Below are positions 8,149-17,500 of a stretch of DNA of 34,654 nt, piece by piece. The DNA comes from a virus (Duplodnaviria; Caudoviricetes), in IMG/VR virus record IMGVR_UViG_3300032243_001730, positions 1-34,654 of that record; one strand, 5' to 3'. The notes under the pieces were generated by a model that saw nothing but the letters and a program-made list of their open reading frames with translations, was not told where the DNA came from and made no database searches. Position numbers and translations under genes: made by a program. Position 1 is the stretch's first letter. Each line of letters opens with the position of its first letter.

Positions 8149-8564
8149 TTGTCCCTCATCTTATCGATGACGATGATTGCGGCGGCGAGGTAGTTCATGG
8201 CGCCGAGAATCTCCGCGCGAGCCGCGTCGGCACTCAGACGCTTGCTCTCAAGCGCCTTCTTGCAAGCCTGACCGATGTTGTAGTCGTAGCTTTCCATCCA
8301 CAGGCCAAACTGCACAATCTGCTGGTCCTCAAACGACTCGCCCTTCCCGGCGTGTCGCTCCGCGCCCTTTCCGGCTTGCGCCTGAGCCATTGCCTCGCCG
8401 TAGACGCGCGCCAGCGAGACATACTTTGGATCTGGCCTGATTGCAGCTTCGGCCTGGGAAGTCTGCAACTCATGGAGTTGATTCCGAAGGTTGCGGCATC
8501 GCTCGTTTGCGTCCGCAACGTCCCTCATCAAAGACTTGATTGTCGGCCTGCGTCCTGGTTCCAT
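8145..8564 (-). CDS. Conserved phage hypothetical protein (all-alpha)
   Basis: GKGAERHA...F..Q...GQACKKALE...EILGAMNY motif recognised from phage proteins; AGGAAA RBS. Confidence 0.7.
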   Translation of the reverse strand: MEPGRRPTIKSLMRDVADANERCRNLRNQLHELQTSQAEAAIRPDPKYVSLARVYGEAMAQAQAGKGAERHAGKGESFEDQQIVQFGLWMESYDYNIGQACKKALESKRLSADAARAEILGAMNYLAAAIIVIDKMRDK

Positions 8565-8578
8565 TGTATTTTCCTTTT

Positions 8579-8800
8579 TTACTTTTTCAGTTGCTTGAGA
8601 ACGGCGCCGCCCACGAGCGTCGCCACGAAGGCCATGCCGCCGGCAATCGCCATGCGCTTTGCGGTGTTCGTCGGCGGGATGGTCGAGTAGTAGTGGCTGA
8701 TCGGGTACTCAATGATTGCGGTGATGATTCCTGCCGTCATCGCAATAGAAAAGAGACCGTTGCCGTTGCTTTCGCCAATTTCTAGAAGTGAGTGGTTCAT
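8579..8800 (-). CDS. Small two-TM membrane protein
   Basis: Two hydrophobic helices, basic C-terminus; holin-like or virion membrane protein. Confidence 0.7.
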   Translation of the reverse strand: MNHSLLEIGESNGNGLFSIAMTAGIITAIIEYPISHYYSTIPPTNTAKRMAIAGGMAFVATLVGGAVLKQLKK

Positions 8801-8812
8801 GGCAACAATGTA

Positions 8813-9334
8813 TCATGAGGTAGCGTGAGCGGATAAGGCCCTCTCGCGCCTGATCCACCGCATGCGCGCCATGAACACATCTGGAGTTCGGCAGAGGTCG
8901 TCGCCCCGTCCTCGACGAATCACGGGCCCTGCCGCACACGCAGAAATCATGCGATATCCGCCCGCGTATCCCATCAGCGCCGTCCTGAGGTCGGGCGTGG
9001 ATCGCAGCCATTCGCGCAGATGCAGGGCTCCCTTGATGTATCCAGAGACGATGGTCTCACGGACGCAAGAGGAAACCGGCGTCGGAGTCATGGGTCCGCA
9101 ACTAACGCGATTGCCAGACTCCTTCGTTTCTGCGTCCTCCTGATACCTGCTTTCATGCCATGCGATGCTCAAAAGCAAGTTTGAGTCAACGCCCGTGGCA
9201 AACTGAGCGGCATCCGCTGCCAGCAGGTGACGCCGCGCAACGGCGACGGTGAGGTCTGGATGCGTGCGCATCAGACCGCGCGCCTCGCCTTCGCTGATCA
9301 GCAGGCTGAGAATGGTGATGACGATCTCGATCAT
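8813..9334 (-). CDS. Lysozyme-like/SLT lytic transglycosylase with N-terminal signal anchor
   Basis: LLLSIAWHESRY (catalytic E-S), SCGPM, ALMGYAGG; hydrophobic N-terminus. Confidence 0.7.
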   Translation of the reverse strand: MIEIVITILSLLISEGEARGLMRTHPDLTVAVARRHLLAADAAQFATGVDSNLLLSIAWHESRYQEDAETKESGNRVSCGPMTPTPVSSCVRETIVSGYIKGALHLREWLRSTPDLRTALMGYAGGYRMISACAAGPVIRRGRGDDLCRTPDVFMARMRWIRRERALSAHATS

Positions 9335-9456
9335 TTTGCGTCCTTCTTGAGTTTCGTCAGGTCAACGACGATTGCCCTTGTGTTCGGCTCGCGTCGGCTT
9401 AGCAGCAGCACGTCGGTCAGCACAAACGCGACAACATAAATTGCAACGGCTGTCAT
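9331..9456 (-). CDS. Small single-TM protein, 41 aa (not in ORF track)
   Basis: MTAVAIYVVAFVLTDVLLLSRREPNTRAIVVDLTKLKKDAK*; ATGA overlaps at both ends. Confidence 0.55.
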   Translation of the reverse strand: MTAVAIYVVAFVLTDVLLLSRREPNTRAIVVDLTKLKKDAK

Positions 9457-9779
9457 CGGCATGCCTTGCATCGTGGCCAGGGCGCCCGCCACTTGTGCAG
9501 GAACTCCGCCTGATACTTTGGCAAGCAGATCTCCACCTCGTCGCAGCCGGGGCAGGTTTTTGCAATCACATCCTCGGCGCGCTCCGACGTGATGCGCTGG
9601 CTGACGGGCGAAGGCTTGAGGTTGACCTTGTACCGCTCTTCGCCCGCAATGGACAGAAGCCTGACCGCAGCCTGAAAGTCTCCGCGCGTCAACCGTAGGT
9701 CACACCCGCAAAGGCAGCGAAAACTTGACGAGGATACTGGCTGATCGAGCGCGTCTGCTTTTCCCTTTGAACGGTTCAC
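9453..9779 (-). CDS. Cys-rich putative zinc-binding protein
   Basis: CLCGC, CPGC, CKAC; coupled to neighbours. Confidence 0.6.
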   Translation of the reverse strand: MNRSKGKADALDQPVSSSSFRCLCGCDLRLTRGDFQAAVRLLSIAGEERYKVNLKPSPVSQRITSERAEDVIAKTCPGCDEVEICLPKYQAEFLHKWRAPWPRCKACR

Positions 9780-10330
9780 GACTTTTCCTTGATCTTAGAT
9801 GCAACAGACGCTACGAGCGCCGCAGCCCTGCCCGCAGCAAGAGAGGACGTTGCGCCGGCGCTGAGTTGCGCGTCCGTCCGCGCAGCGCGGTCATAGCTAT
9901 CGTACAGTTCGATGAAACGAGCACGGTCAGGCCCCTGCAACTCGCTGTTGCACAGGCTCGTCCACCCCAGCGCGCCGACAGCCTTGGCGACGAGCGGGTC
10001 GTCGAAGAAGAAGTCCACCCCAGGCGTCCTATACACACCCTTTGCCTTGATTGCCTTCTGCACGTCGCCCCACGCTTCCGCGCCGGGACGCTTTCGACCA
10101 TGCTCCTGCTGCACGACCATTTCGCGAATCTCCGCGATGGTCGGCATCCACTTGCTCGTGCGAACGAGCGCCATGGCCGCCGCGCGCGTCTTATCCCTAT
10201 CGAGGTCAGATAGGTTGCTGACGTAGCTGGTGACCATCCCCTCAAAGAGCCACGGCACCATGCGCGCGTGATTTGCGGGATATGATGCGATCAGGAACTT
10301 CACAATTTCATTTGCCTCATCAAGAGTCAC
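9776..10330 (-). CDS. Replicative helicase loader/inhibitor (G39P-like)
   Basis: MTLDEANEIVKFLIASYP...WMPTIAEIR...AEAWGDV...GWTSLC...RARFIELY; directly downstream of initiator. Confidence 0.75.
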   Translation of the reverse strand: MTLDEANEIVKFLIASYPANHARMVPWLFEGMVTSYVSNLSDLDRDKTRAAAMALVRTSKWMPTIAEIREMVVQQEHGRKRPGAEAWGDVQKAIKAKGVYRTPGVDFFFDDPLVAKAVGALGWTSLCNSELQGPDRARFIELYDSYDRAARTDAQLSAGATSSLAAGRAAALVASVASKIKEKS

Positions 10331-11385
10331 GATCGAGCCCCTTTCATCCTGGCCACAACCTCATCCGCCGCGCGGAACGGGTCATAACCGGCGCCGCCCT
10401 TCGCGCCGGCTGCATCGGATACCCGCATGCCCAGCTTCTTGGCCCATGCGCGCTGACCAAAGATGCCTCCAGTGAGGTACTCCACGGTCCGCTTGGAGCG
10501 GGCCTCCGCTTCGGCAACCGACAGCACATGGTGCAGGTCGGCCTCATCCCGCGCTCCGCTCTCGCGCAGTCGATGAGCCAGTTCCCCGCGACCCGGATCC
10601 TGTGGGTGAAGCGGACGCACGTCCAACCATCCAAACTCCTGCGCGATGCCCGTCCGGATCTGGTTCAACCGATCCCATCCCTGGTTGCCCAGCCTGCGGC
10701 GCCGCTCCAGTTCGTGCTCAGCAGGCACAGGCCCCGGAAACGGCACCAGCGTGCCCGTCACGGCGTTTTCCTGGGTCGTCCGCTGTGCAGGTACACCCTC
10801 CTCCTCCGCGCTTTCCTGCGCAACGCTACGAGCGGTGGCAATGGTCGGACCGCCGGCCGTCTCGCGCGCCCGCGCGCCCTCGCCCGCGCGCGGGAGCCGC
10901 GCGTCTCTAAATTCTGGATCCGGAGCAGAAGCAGAATCCGGAGCAGAAGCAGAAGCAATAGCAGAAGGGTTCCCGGGTGCTTCAGCTTTGCTTCGGCTGT
11001 GCTTCGCTTGTGCTTCGGGTTTGCTTCGCGTTTGCTTCGCCCGATTCCCTCGAGATTCTCCAGACTTAAGCCCACCGGCTCGTCCGGCCTCCTGTTTTTT
11101 GATGAGGTACTCGATGCGGTCCTGCGCGCCGGCGATGCGAACTTTCTTGACCCCCGCGCGCTTCGCAAGGCCCGCCTCGACCATCCACGATGCGAATCCG
11201 GGCAGGCCGGCGACGATGTCAACGTCGTCCTCCGGCAAGATCGCCTTCTTGCGGTCATAGCAGAGCGGCCAGATGTCCAGCACAAGGGCGCCCACAAGTT
11301 CGCGTTTTGTCCAGCCAATCAGGTGGGCAAGCTTGGTGATGCGCGGGTCACGCCCAAGCATGTCGTCGATGCTCATCCTAGCCAT
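10327..11385 (-). CDS. Phage replication initiator protein
   Basis: ATG at 11385 (TGATG overlap); N-terminal domain DPRITKLAHLIG, AGRAGGLKSGESR motif, low-complexity linker carrying DNA iterons, helical C-terminal domain. Confidence 0.75.
   Translation of the reverse strand: MARMSIDDMLGRDPRITKLAHLIGWTKRELVGALVLDIWPLCYDRKKAILPEDDVDIVAGLPGFASWMVEAGLAKRAGVKKVRIAGAQDRIEYLIKKQEAGRAGGLKSGESRGNRAKQTRSKPEAQAKHSRSKAEAPGNPSAIASASAPDSASAPDPEFRDARLPRAGEGARARETAGGPTIATARSVAQESAEEEGVPAQRTTQENAVTGTLVPFPGPVPAEHELERRRRLGNQGWDRLNQIRTGIAQEFGWLDVRPLHPQDPGRGELAHRLRESGARDEADLHHVLSVAEAEARSKRTVEYLTGGIFGQRAWAKKLGMRVSDAAGAKGGAGYDPFRAADEVVARMKGARS
10920..11040. repeat. Iteron array / probable replication origin
   Basis: TGCTTC(A/G) at 10978, 10989, 11000, 11011, 11022, 11033 (exact 11-bp period), next to GCAGAA repeats at 10925-10967. 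Confidence 0.8.
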
Positions 11386-11681
11386 CAGCCAACCTCCGCA
11401 GACCAGCCGTCGTTGTCGTCTTCCAGTTCCCAGAGGCACCCCAAGCAGTCGTCGGGGCACTCCTCTGGCAGACCGTCCTCGCCCATGAGGTAGCCGATCT
11501 CGCGCAGGTCGTGCGCGCAGAACTGACACGAGGCGAGCGCCTCCTCCGGGTCGTCTGGACACTCATAGCGCAGGTGCCGCTCGTGCTGCTTGCGCGCGAG
11601 CAGGTACTCGGCGTTCCACTGCATCATCTCCATGAGCAGGCCGATCATGTGACCCCGCACGACAGGAAGCCGCGTCATCAT
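11385..11681 (-). CDS. Hypothetical acidic, Cys-rich protein
   Basis: 98 aa; coupled at both ends; CQFC, CPDDCLGC. Confidence 0.65.
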   Translation of the reverse strand: MMTRLPVVRGHMIGLLMEMMQWNAEYLLARKQHERHLRYECPDDPEEALASCQFCAHDLREIGYLMGEDGLPEECPDDCLGCLWELEDDNDGWSAEVG

Positions 11682-11929
11682 GCGTCACCGATCCCAAGAA
11701 GCTGCTCAGGCGTGATCGAAACAATTTTTGCAAAGTCGATCACTCGCTCCGCCGGCAGGGCCTGCGACCCCGCTTCGATGCGGTTCCAGGTGTCACGCGA
11801 GATTTTTGCGAGCCTCGCGGCGTCCGCCTGGGTGATGGAGACCGCCTTGCGGGCGGCGCGCAGCCTTTCGGCAATCTGAGCCCGGGTGCCCTTCCGTCCG
11901 ATTTTTCTCATCGCCGGCAGAGGTATCAT
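11678..11929 (-). CDS. XRE-family helix-turn-helix regulator
   Basis: RLRAARKAVSITQADAARLAKISRDTWNRIEAG; divergent from the recombination operon. Confidence 0.88.
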   Translation of the reverse strand: MIPLPAMRKIGRKGTRAQIAERLRAARKAVSITQADAARLAKISRDTWNRIEAGSQALPAERVIDFAKIVSITPEQLLGIGDA

Positions 11930-12133
11930 GCGCCCTCGCGGAAAGCGAGCTTTTCGCGCACGACGTTTCTACGCACGCGAAATGACGAGGAAGTTTCCTG
12001 ACGCTCCAGCCTCGACGACGATTGGGGCTTGGCGGCGCGTCAGGGCGCGCTTGCGAGAGCGTGCGCGGGCGGAACCATTGGTAACCCTGTGAGAAATCGT
12101 CGCATGTCAGACCGTCGTGGCAGGGTTGCGCGC

Positions 12134-13129
12134 ATGACGCTCTCCGACGCTCAGATCGCAATGCGAAAGAACGGCATCACCGCCACCGACGTGGCGGCGC
12201 TGTCGGGGGTCCATCCGTATCGTGGACCTATCAACGTCTACCTCGACAAGGTTGGCGCCGCGCCGCCCGTCGTCGAGAACGACCGGATGCGGTGGGGAAA
12301 CCTGCTGGAGCCGCTGATTCGGAACGACTATGCAAAGCGCAAAGGGCTGCGGGTTGTCGAGATCGGGACGCTCGCGCACGACATCAACCAGTGGGCGATG
12401 GCGACGCCAGACGGTGTGGCCTATGTCGGTGATACGCCCGTCGGCGGGTTGGAAATCAAGACGCACAGCGTGAAGCTGGCGCATCTCTACGGAGCGCCCA
12501 TGACCGACGAGGTTCCGCCGTATGTGCTGGTCCAGTGCGCCTGGAACCTCTACGTCTCCGGGCTTTCGAAGTGGGATGTCGTGGCGTTCTACGACAACCA
12601 GCCGCACGACTACGTCATCTTGCGAGACGACGAACTAATCGGCCATCTTGTGGAAATGTCGGAAAGGTTCCTGATCGACAACGTGCGCGCCGGCGTCGCG
12701 CCCGACCCGGATGGAACCGAAATGTACGGCAAGTACGTCGCTGCTCGCTTTCCGAGCCACAAGCCGGACTATCTCAACGCAGACGCAAGCCCAGGTCTCC
12801 TGCAGGACATCAGCGATCTCTATCGACTGCGCCAAGAGGCCGCCAAGGCGAACTCTGGCGTCGAGGTCGTGGAGCAGAAGATCAAGTTGGCGATCGGTGA
12901 GCACGAGGGGATCGAGTGGTCGGCGCCTGAGTCGTCCGGAAAGAAAAAGGAGCGCATCACCTGGAAGTCAGGAAAGCCCGTGACGCGCGTCGATTGGGCC
13001 GGCGTATCGAAGGAAGCCCTGGCTTCGTTTACTGACAACCGGGCAAAAGAGTTGGTGGAAAAGAACACGTCAAGATCTGCCGCCTCGCGCGTCTTCCGCG
13101 TGCCGGCGTCGTGGAGCAAGGAGAACTAA
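12134..13129 (+). CDS. YqaJ-like viral recombinase exonuclease
   Basis: RKNGITATDVAA, WGNLLEP, ATPDG, LEIKT, Y.LVQ motifs of the lambda-exonuclease/YqaJ family; ATG at 12134 chosen as start. Confidence 0.9.
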   Translation: MTLSDAQIAMRKNGITATDVAALSGVHPYRGPINVYLDKVGAAPPVVENDRMRWGNLLEPLIRNDYAKRKGLRVVEIGTLAHDINQWAMATPDGVAYVGDTPVGGLEIKTHSVKLAHLYGAPMTDEVPPYVLVQCAWNLYVSGLSKWDVVAFYDNQPHDYVILRDDELIGHLVEMSERFLIDNVRAGVAPDPDGTEMYGKYVAARFPSHKPDYLNADASPGLLQDISDLYRLRQEAAKANSGVEVVEQKIKLAIGEHEGIEWSAPESSGKKKERITWKSGKPVTRVDWAGVSKEALASFTDNRAKELVEKNTSRSAASRVFRVPASWSKEN

Positions 13130-13130
13130 A

Positions 13131-14162
13131 ATGAATGAAAATGCGATGAGCCAGTACAACTCGTTCAACAGCGGTCTGATGTCGCAGCATGGTTCTGAGG
13201 CATCCGTCGGCGTGACGCGCTCGGACTTCGGAGGCGTCAGCAACAGTCGAGAAAATGCGGCGACGACGGCCCTGGCGGCAAAGGCGCGCGCCGAGGCCGA
13301 GGCTAAGTATCTGATGGCGCTGCATCGGCCGCGCAACATCGCGCAGGTGCGAGCGTTGATCCTGCGCGAGTGCTCGCGTCCGGGCTTCGCGGAGCAGGCC
13401 ATCTTCCATAAGCCCGTGGGCGAAGGCATCGAAGGGTTGTCAATCCGCTTCGCGGAGGCGGCGGCTCGCTGCTATCGCAACCTGTCGATCGAGGTCCAGC
13501 AGATCTACGACGACGCGCACACCCGCACGGTGCGCGTGATCGTCTGCGATCTAGAGAGCAACACGCCGTGGAGCATGGACGTGACGCTGGAAAAGACCGT
13601 GGAGAGGCGCCATCTTCGTCGAAATCAGGTGCCGCTCGGTCAGCGCGTCAACAACTACGGCGACACCGTGTACATCGTCGAGGGCACGGAGGACGATCTG
13701 CTCAACAAGCAGAACGCGCTCGTCAGCAAGGCGATCAGGACGTGCATCCTGCGCGTCATCCCTGGCGACATCCAAGACGAAGCGTTTGCGGCCTGCAAGA
13801 AAATCCTGGCCGACCAAAGCGCCAAAGATCCTGCCTCTGCCAAGAACGCTCTTCTCGACGGGCTCGCTCGCCTGGGCGTGATGCCCGTCGAGGTTGAGGA
13901 GTGGCTCGGCCACTCCATTGAGAGCATGTCCTCGTCGGAGTTCAACTCTCTGCGCGGCGCCGGAGTGGCGATTCGCGACGGCGAGGCAACCTGGGCTCAG
14001 GTCATGGAGGTTCGCCGTCAGCGCAAGGCGGAGACCGCTGCGGAGGCTTCTTCGCCGACGTCTCCCGTGGGCATGGGCACCAAGGCGGTGAAGGATGCTC
14101 TGCGACGCAAGTCTGCTGATCGCCACGGCGAGTCCGGCGAGGAAAACGGGGCGAAGTCGTGA
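13131..14162 (+). CDS. Probable single-strand annealing protein partnered with YqaJ
   Basis: Immediately follows exonuclease; PRN...IEGLSIRFAEAAARCYRNL...SKAIRTCILRVIPGD motifs; function inferred from position. Confidence 0.65.
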   Translation: MNENAMSQYNSFNSGLMSQHGSEASVGVTRSDFGGVSNSRENAATTALAAKARAEAEAKYLMALHRPRNIAQVRALILRECSRPGFAEQAIFHKPVGEGIEGLSIRFAEAAARCYRNLSIEVQQIYDDAHTRTVRVIVCDLESNTPWSMDVTLEKTVERRHLRRNQVPLGQRVNNYGDTVYIVEGTEDDLLNKQNALVSKAIRTCILRVIPGDIQDEAFAACKKILADQSAKDPASAKNALLDGLARLGVMPVEVEEWLGHSIESMSSSEFNSLRGAGVAIRDGEATWAQVMEVRRQRKAETAAEASSPTSPVGMGTKAVKDALRRKSADRHGESGEENGAKS

Positions 14163-14377
14163 GCGATGACTACAGCACGGTAAGTTGGTCCGACCTTCTG
14201 CGGGTCGCATACGCCGAGCGCGACGACGCCCGCGCCGAGGTCGAGCGGCTACGGGCGCTGCTGGGCGAGGCGTGCGACCTGGCCGACGAGGCTATCGCCT
14301 ATGTGCCGGAATACTTCCAGAACAAATGGGACTTGCCCACGACGGCTGCGCGAATCCGTCGAGAAGGAGGGGTCTAG
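14159..14377 (+). CDS. Hypothetical coiled-coil protein
   Basis: GTGA overlap; ERDDARAEVERLRALL common in phage early genes. Confidence 0.65.
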   Translation: MSDDYSTVSWSDLLRVAYAERDDARAEVERLRALLGEACDLADEAIAYVPEYFQNKWDLPTTAARIRREGGV

Positions 14378-14518
14378 TGAGCCTCTACCCCAGTGCGGCT
14401 GCGCCAGCGCGCCGAGGATGCCGAGGCGCAGGTCAAGGCGTGGCAGGAGGATTGGCGCGAAGGACGTCGCGACCTGCTTGCGTGGGCGGAGGAGGAGCCG
14501 TGAGCGACGAAAAACTAG

Positions 14519-17500
14519 CTACAGGCGCGCAGTCGTCCTCGTGGGGTCGGACTTCAGGACGACGATGTTGCCAGGATCGACGATCAGCCAGCGATCCTTG
14601 ACCCACCCGATGTTTCCCGGGTGAACATCACCAAAGAAAACCCCGTTCTTCCGGTAGTTTTCCAGCATCCCCTCCGCAAGCTGGCGCAGCGGGGCGACCT
14701 TAGCCATGGCGCGCAGGGACTCAACCCAGCCCTTGAGTTCCTCGATGGCGGACTGCTTTTTCCACAGCTTTTTCAGAGCCTTTTGGCTGGCGTCGTGCTG
14801 CGCGTTGATGGCGTCGATCATCTTGTCGGCGTCCTCGCCGTGGTCCTTGGCCCACTTCTCGATGTCCCCAACGTAATCGGCGGCATCGCGCCACAGTAGA
14901 TGCACGGGGCGGTCCTCGTGCGTCTCCGGCAACTGCGACGAGAGATGGTACTTCACCGTGACCTGCGCCGGCAGCTTGCTGGACATGGTGACCGCGAACT
15001 CGGCCTCCGTCTCGTCGCTGGTCAACTTCATCACGACGTTCTTGTCGAGCGTCGGGTACACACAGCCATACACGCCGCAGCCGTACTCACGCACCTTCGC
15101 CTTGATGTCCTTCTTCATTTTCTTGACATCAACGACGCGAGGAAGCCACTTCGCAGGAACGTTGTCCTCAAGTTCTTCGAAATGATCCGCGATGATCTTG
15201 TTCGTCCATGCTGGGTTTTCCCGCATGCCGCAACGAGATGGGTTCATTTCCAAGAATGTCTCTTCGCGCGGATCGAGGTCGTTCATCATTTCCTGCCAAG
15301 TCTGAGGGTCCTTGGAATCGATGCGATAGTTCTTAACAAAAAATTCGTCTCCAATGAGACCGTCTACATCAAATGTCCAAATTGACCCGTAGGGGCCCAC
15401 TTGGTCGCCAAATATATATGTCATTTTCGTGCCGCGAGGAATCACAGGGGCGTCCTCTCCGTCCCCGATGCGAATGTCCCTTTTGGCGATGTAAAATGCG
15501 CGTCCCTTCCTCGTCGGCACCGAAACTTCTAAATTACGAACAATTTTGATGTTCATGCGGTCGAGGAAGTCAAGAAACGCTGAAGGAAGACGTGGCTCGT
15601 TCGACGACTTAATCTCAAATGGGTCGCTCTGGCCGACGGTTAGTTCAACGGTGTCGTCGAGGTCAAATGCAACCTCTAAAACCTCTGGGTCAGTCCAGTC
15701 GTTATCAAACGCCCACTTTTTTGTTGAGATTAACTCTCGATCGCCATTTGGGCTGCGCATGCGAGCGACAAAAACGTAACTTCGATCTCCGGGTGCGCGA
15801 ACGATGGTTCCGCGTGTGTAGGCCGGAATTTCGATCTGCTCTCCGGTCTCATCGTCTACGCCCGTCGTCGCCTTCTTCAAAAATAGGGTCTTACTGGTTT
15901 CAGCAAAATCGTTGTCAAAAGCCTTCTTCAGCTTTGCGATGACACCAAGGTAACGCCCCTTGTCTTCCTTGCTCGGATATCCCCGTGATTCGCGCAGACG
16001 CGCGTATCGCTGCTCCTTCTCGACTTCCTCTCCGACAAGGCGCTGGCGACTTTCTGGATAGAAGAAGATGGATGGAAGAGTCTTAAAAACGGCTTCCTCT
16101 CCAAGGAAATCTACGTGATGCTTTTTCCCGTCCTCTTCCGTGAAATTTAGATAAACGGCAGGCCCGCTCGTGCTGATTGACCTAACCCTGAACTCATCGC
16201 CTTTTGCGTAAAATTTGTTGTACTTCTTTGTCTCGCCGGTTCTCGAATCAAATTCCTTGTGCGTCCACTTGAAGTCCCTCAGGGCGACGACAACGGCGTT
16301 TTCGCGGAAGATATCCTTCAGTTTCTGCTCTGTAAAAACCTCGCCCTCCGCCGGAGGACGTTCTTGCTGCGGATCTTCTGCGTGAGGCTCAATCATCATG
16401 AACTGCTCGTTCACCAAGGTGAACTGAGACATGAAGATGTCGAGACCGTCCGCGCCCTCGTAGCGAATGGGGGATGCGAGCCTGGAGGACTTGTCGATGT
16501 CGGCCGCCTCCAGTTCGATCATCGGAGGGTCTGCGCTTACCGCCTGAATTGAGAACATCGACCACGCCGGAAACTCGACGACGCGGTCCCCTTCCTTGGG
16601 CGCGAAGAACACGGGCCTGCGATTGAAGACGGTGCGGCCGACGCTGAAGTCCCTGAGGAGTTCCTGCTCGTATCCGGGGCGTTCGCGCATGGGCCTGACG
16701 CCGTGGCCCATCTCGATCATCGACGCAAACCCCTCGCCGGCGCCGCCAAGCATCGGCTTCTCTCTCTCGTATATTTCCTTCCACTGCTCAAGGGTCTTGC
16801 CAGGACCGCTTTCCTTCTCCTCGTCGCGCTCCTTTGTGACGACCGTGACCGGCCGAGCAAAGTTTCCAATCTTGTCGAGAGACTCCTTCACATTGCGCGG
16901 CGGAGGCCAGTCCTTGGAGCGCATAATCACAATGGCTGGAGAAGTCTCACTGTGATTGTCCAAAAACTTATGCAGGCCATAAAGATCATCGACGTAAACA
17001 ACCTCAGAGCCGGGGACGACGTTAGACAGCAGCTTTCCCACCTTCTTAGCGGCTCGATGCCTGTGCCCTGAGTAGCCGGCGTCCAAGAGCAAGACGTTCT
17101 TTCCACTGGCGAGGAACTCCAGGGCCGATTGGACACTTGCGCTGTACAAAGCCGGAACAGAAGAATCGTCGCCTTCTCCGCGAGCCTCTCTGCCGGCAAT
17201 TTCGACGCGCCTTGCATACGCTTCCAGATCAGGGTGCCGCGACGCAGTCAAAACGGTCTCTCGTAGCCGGTTCGCCGCGTCGTGCCAGTATTGCTCCGTA
17301 GGATCCCCCTTGTTGTATCTCTCCATTCCAACAAACGAAACGAGGTTTCGAAAAAACGTATCGTGAGTGACAATTTCCATCAAGTGCGAATCAATCAAAG
17401 TGTAAGAAAGAAACTTCTCGCTCTCCGTATAAATGCGCTTACCCTTTGCGTTGTCCGTGGCCAGCGTTGCCATTGCAGACAGCGTGACAATTGCGGCGAG

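Noticed and set aside
10273-11493. 406-aa plus-strand ORF and similar long Arg/Ala/Pro-rich ORFs across the window
   Set aside because: Antisense or alternate-frame shadows of better-supported genes, expected at high GC
14378-14520. Short ORF fragments (RLRQRAEDAEAQVKAWQEDW...) after the recombination operon
   Set aside because: Too short, no clear RBS; may be a remnant but cannot be supported
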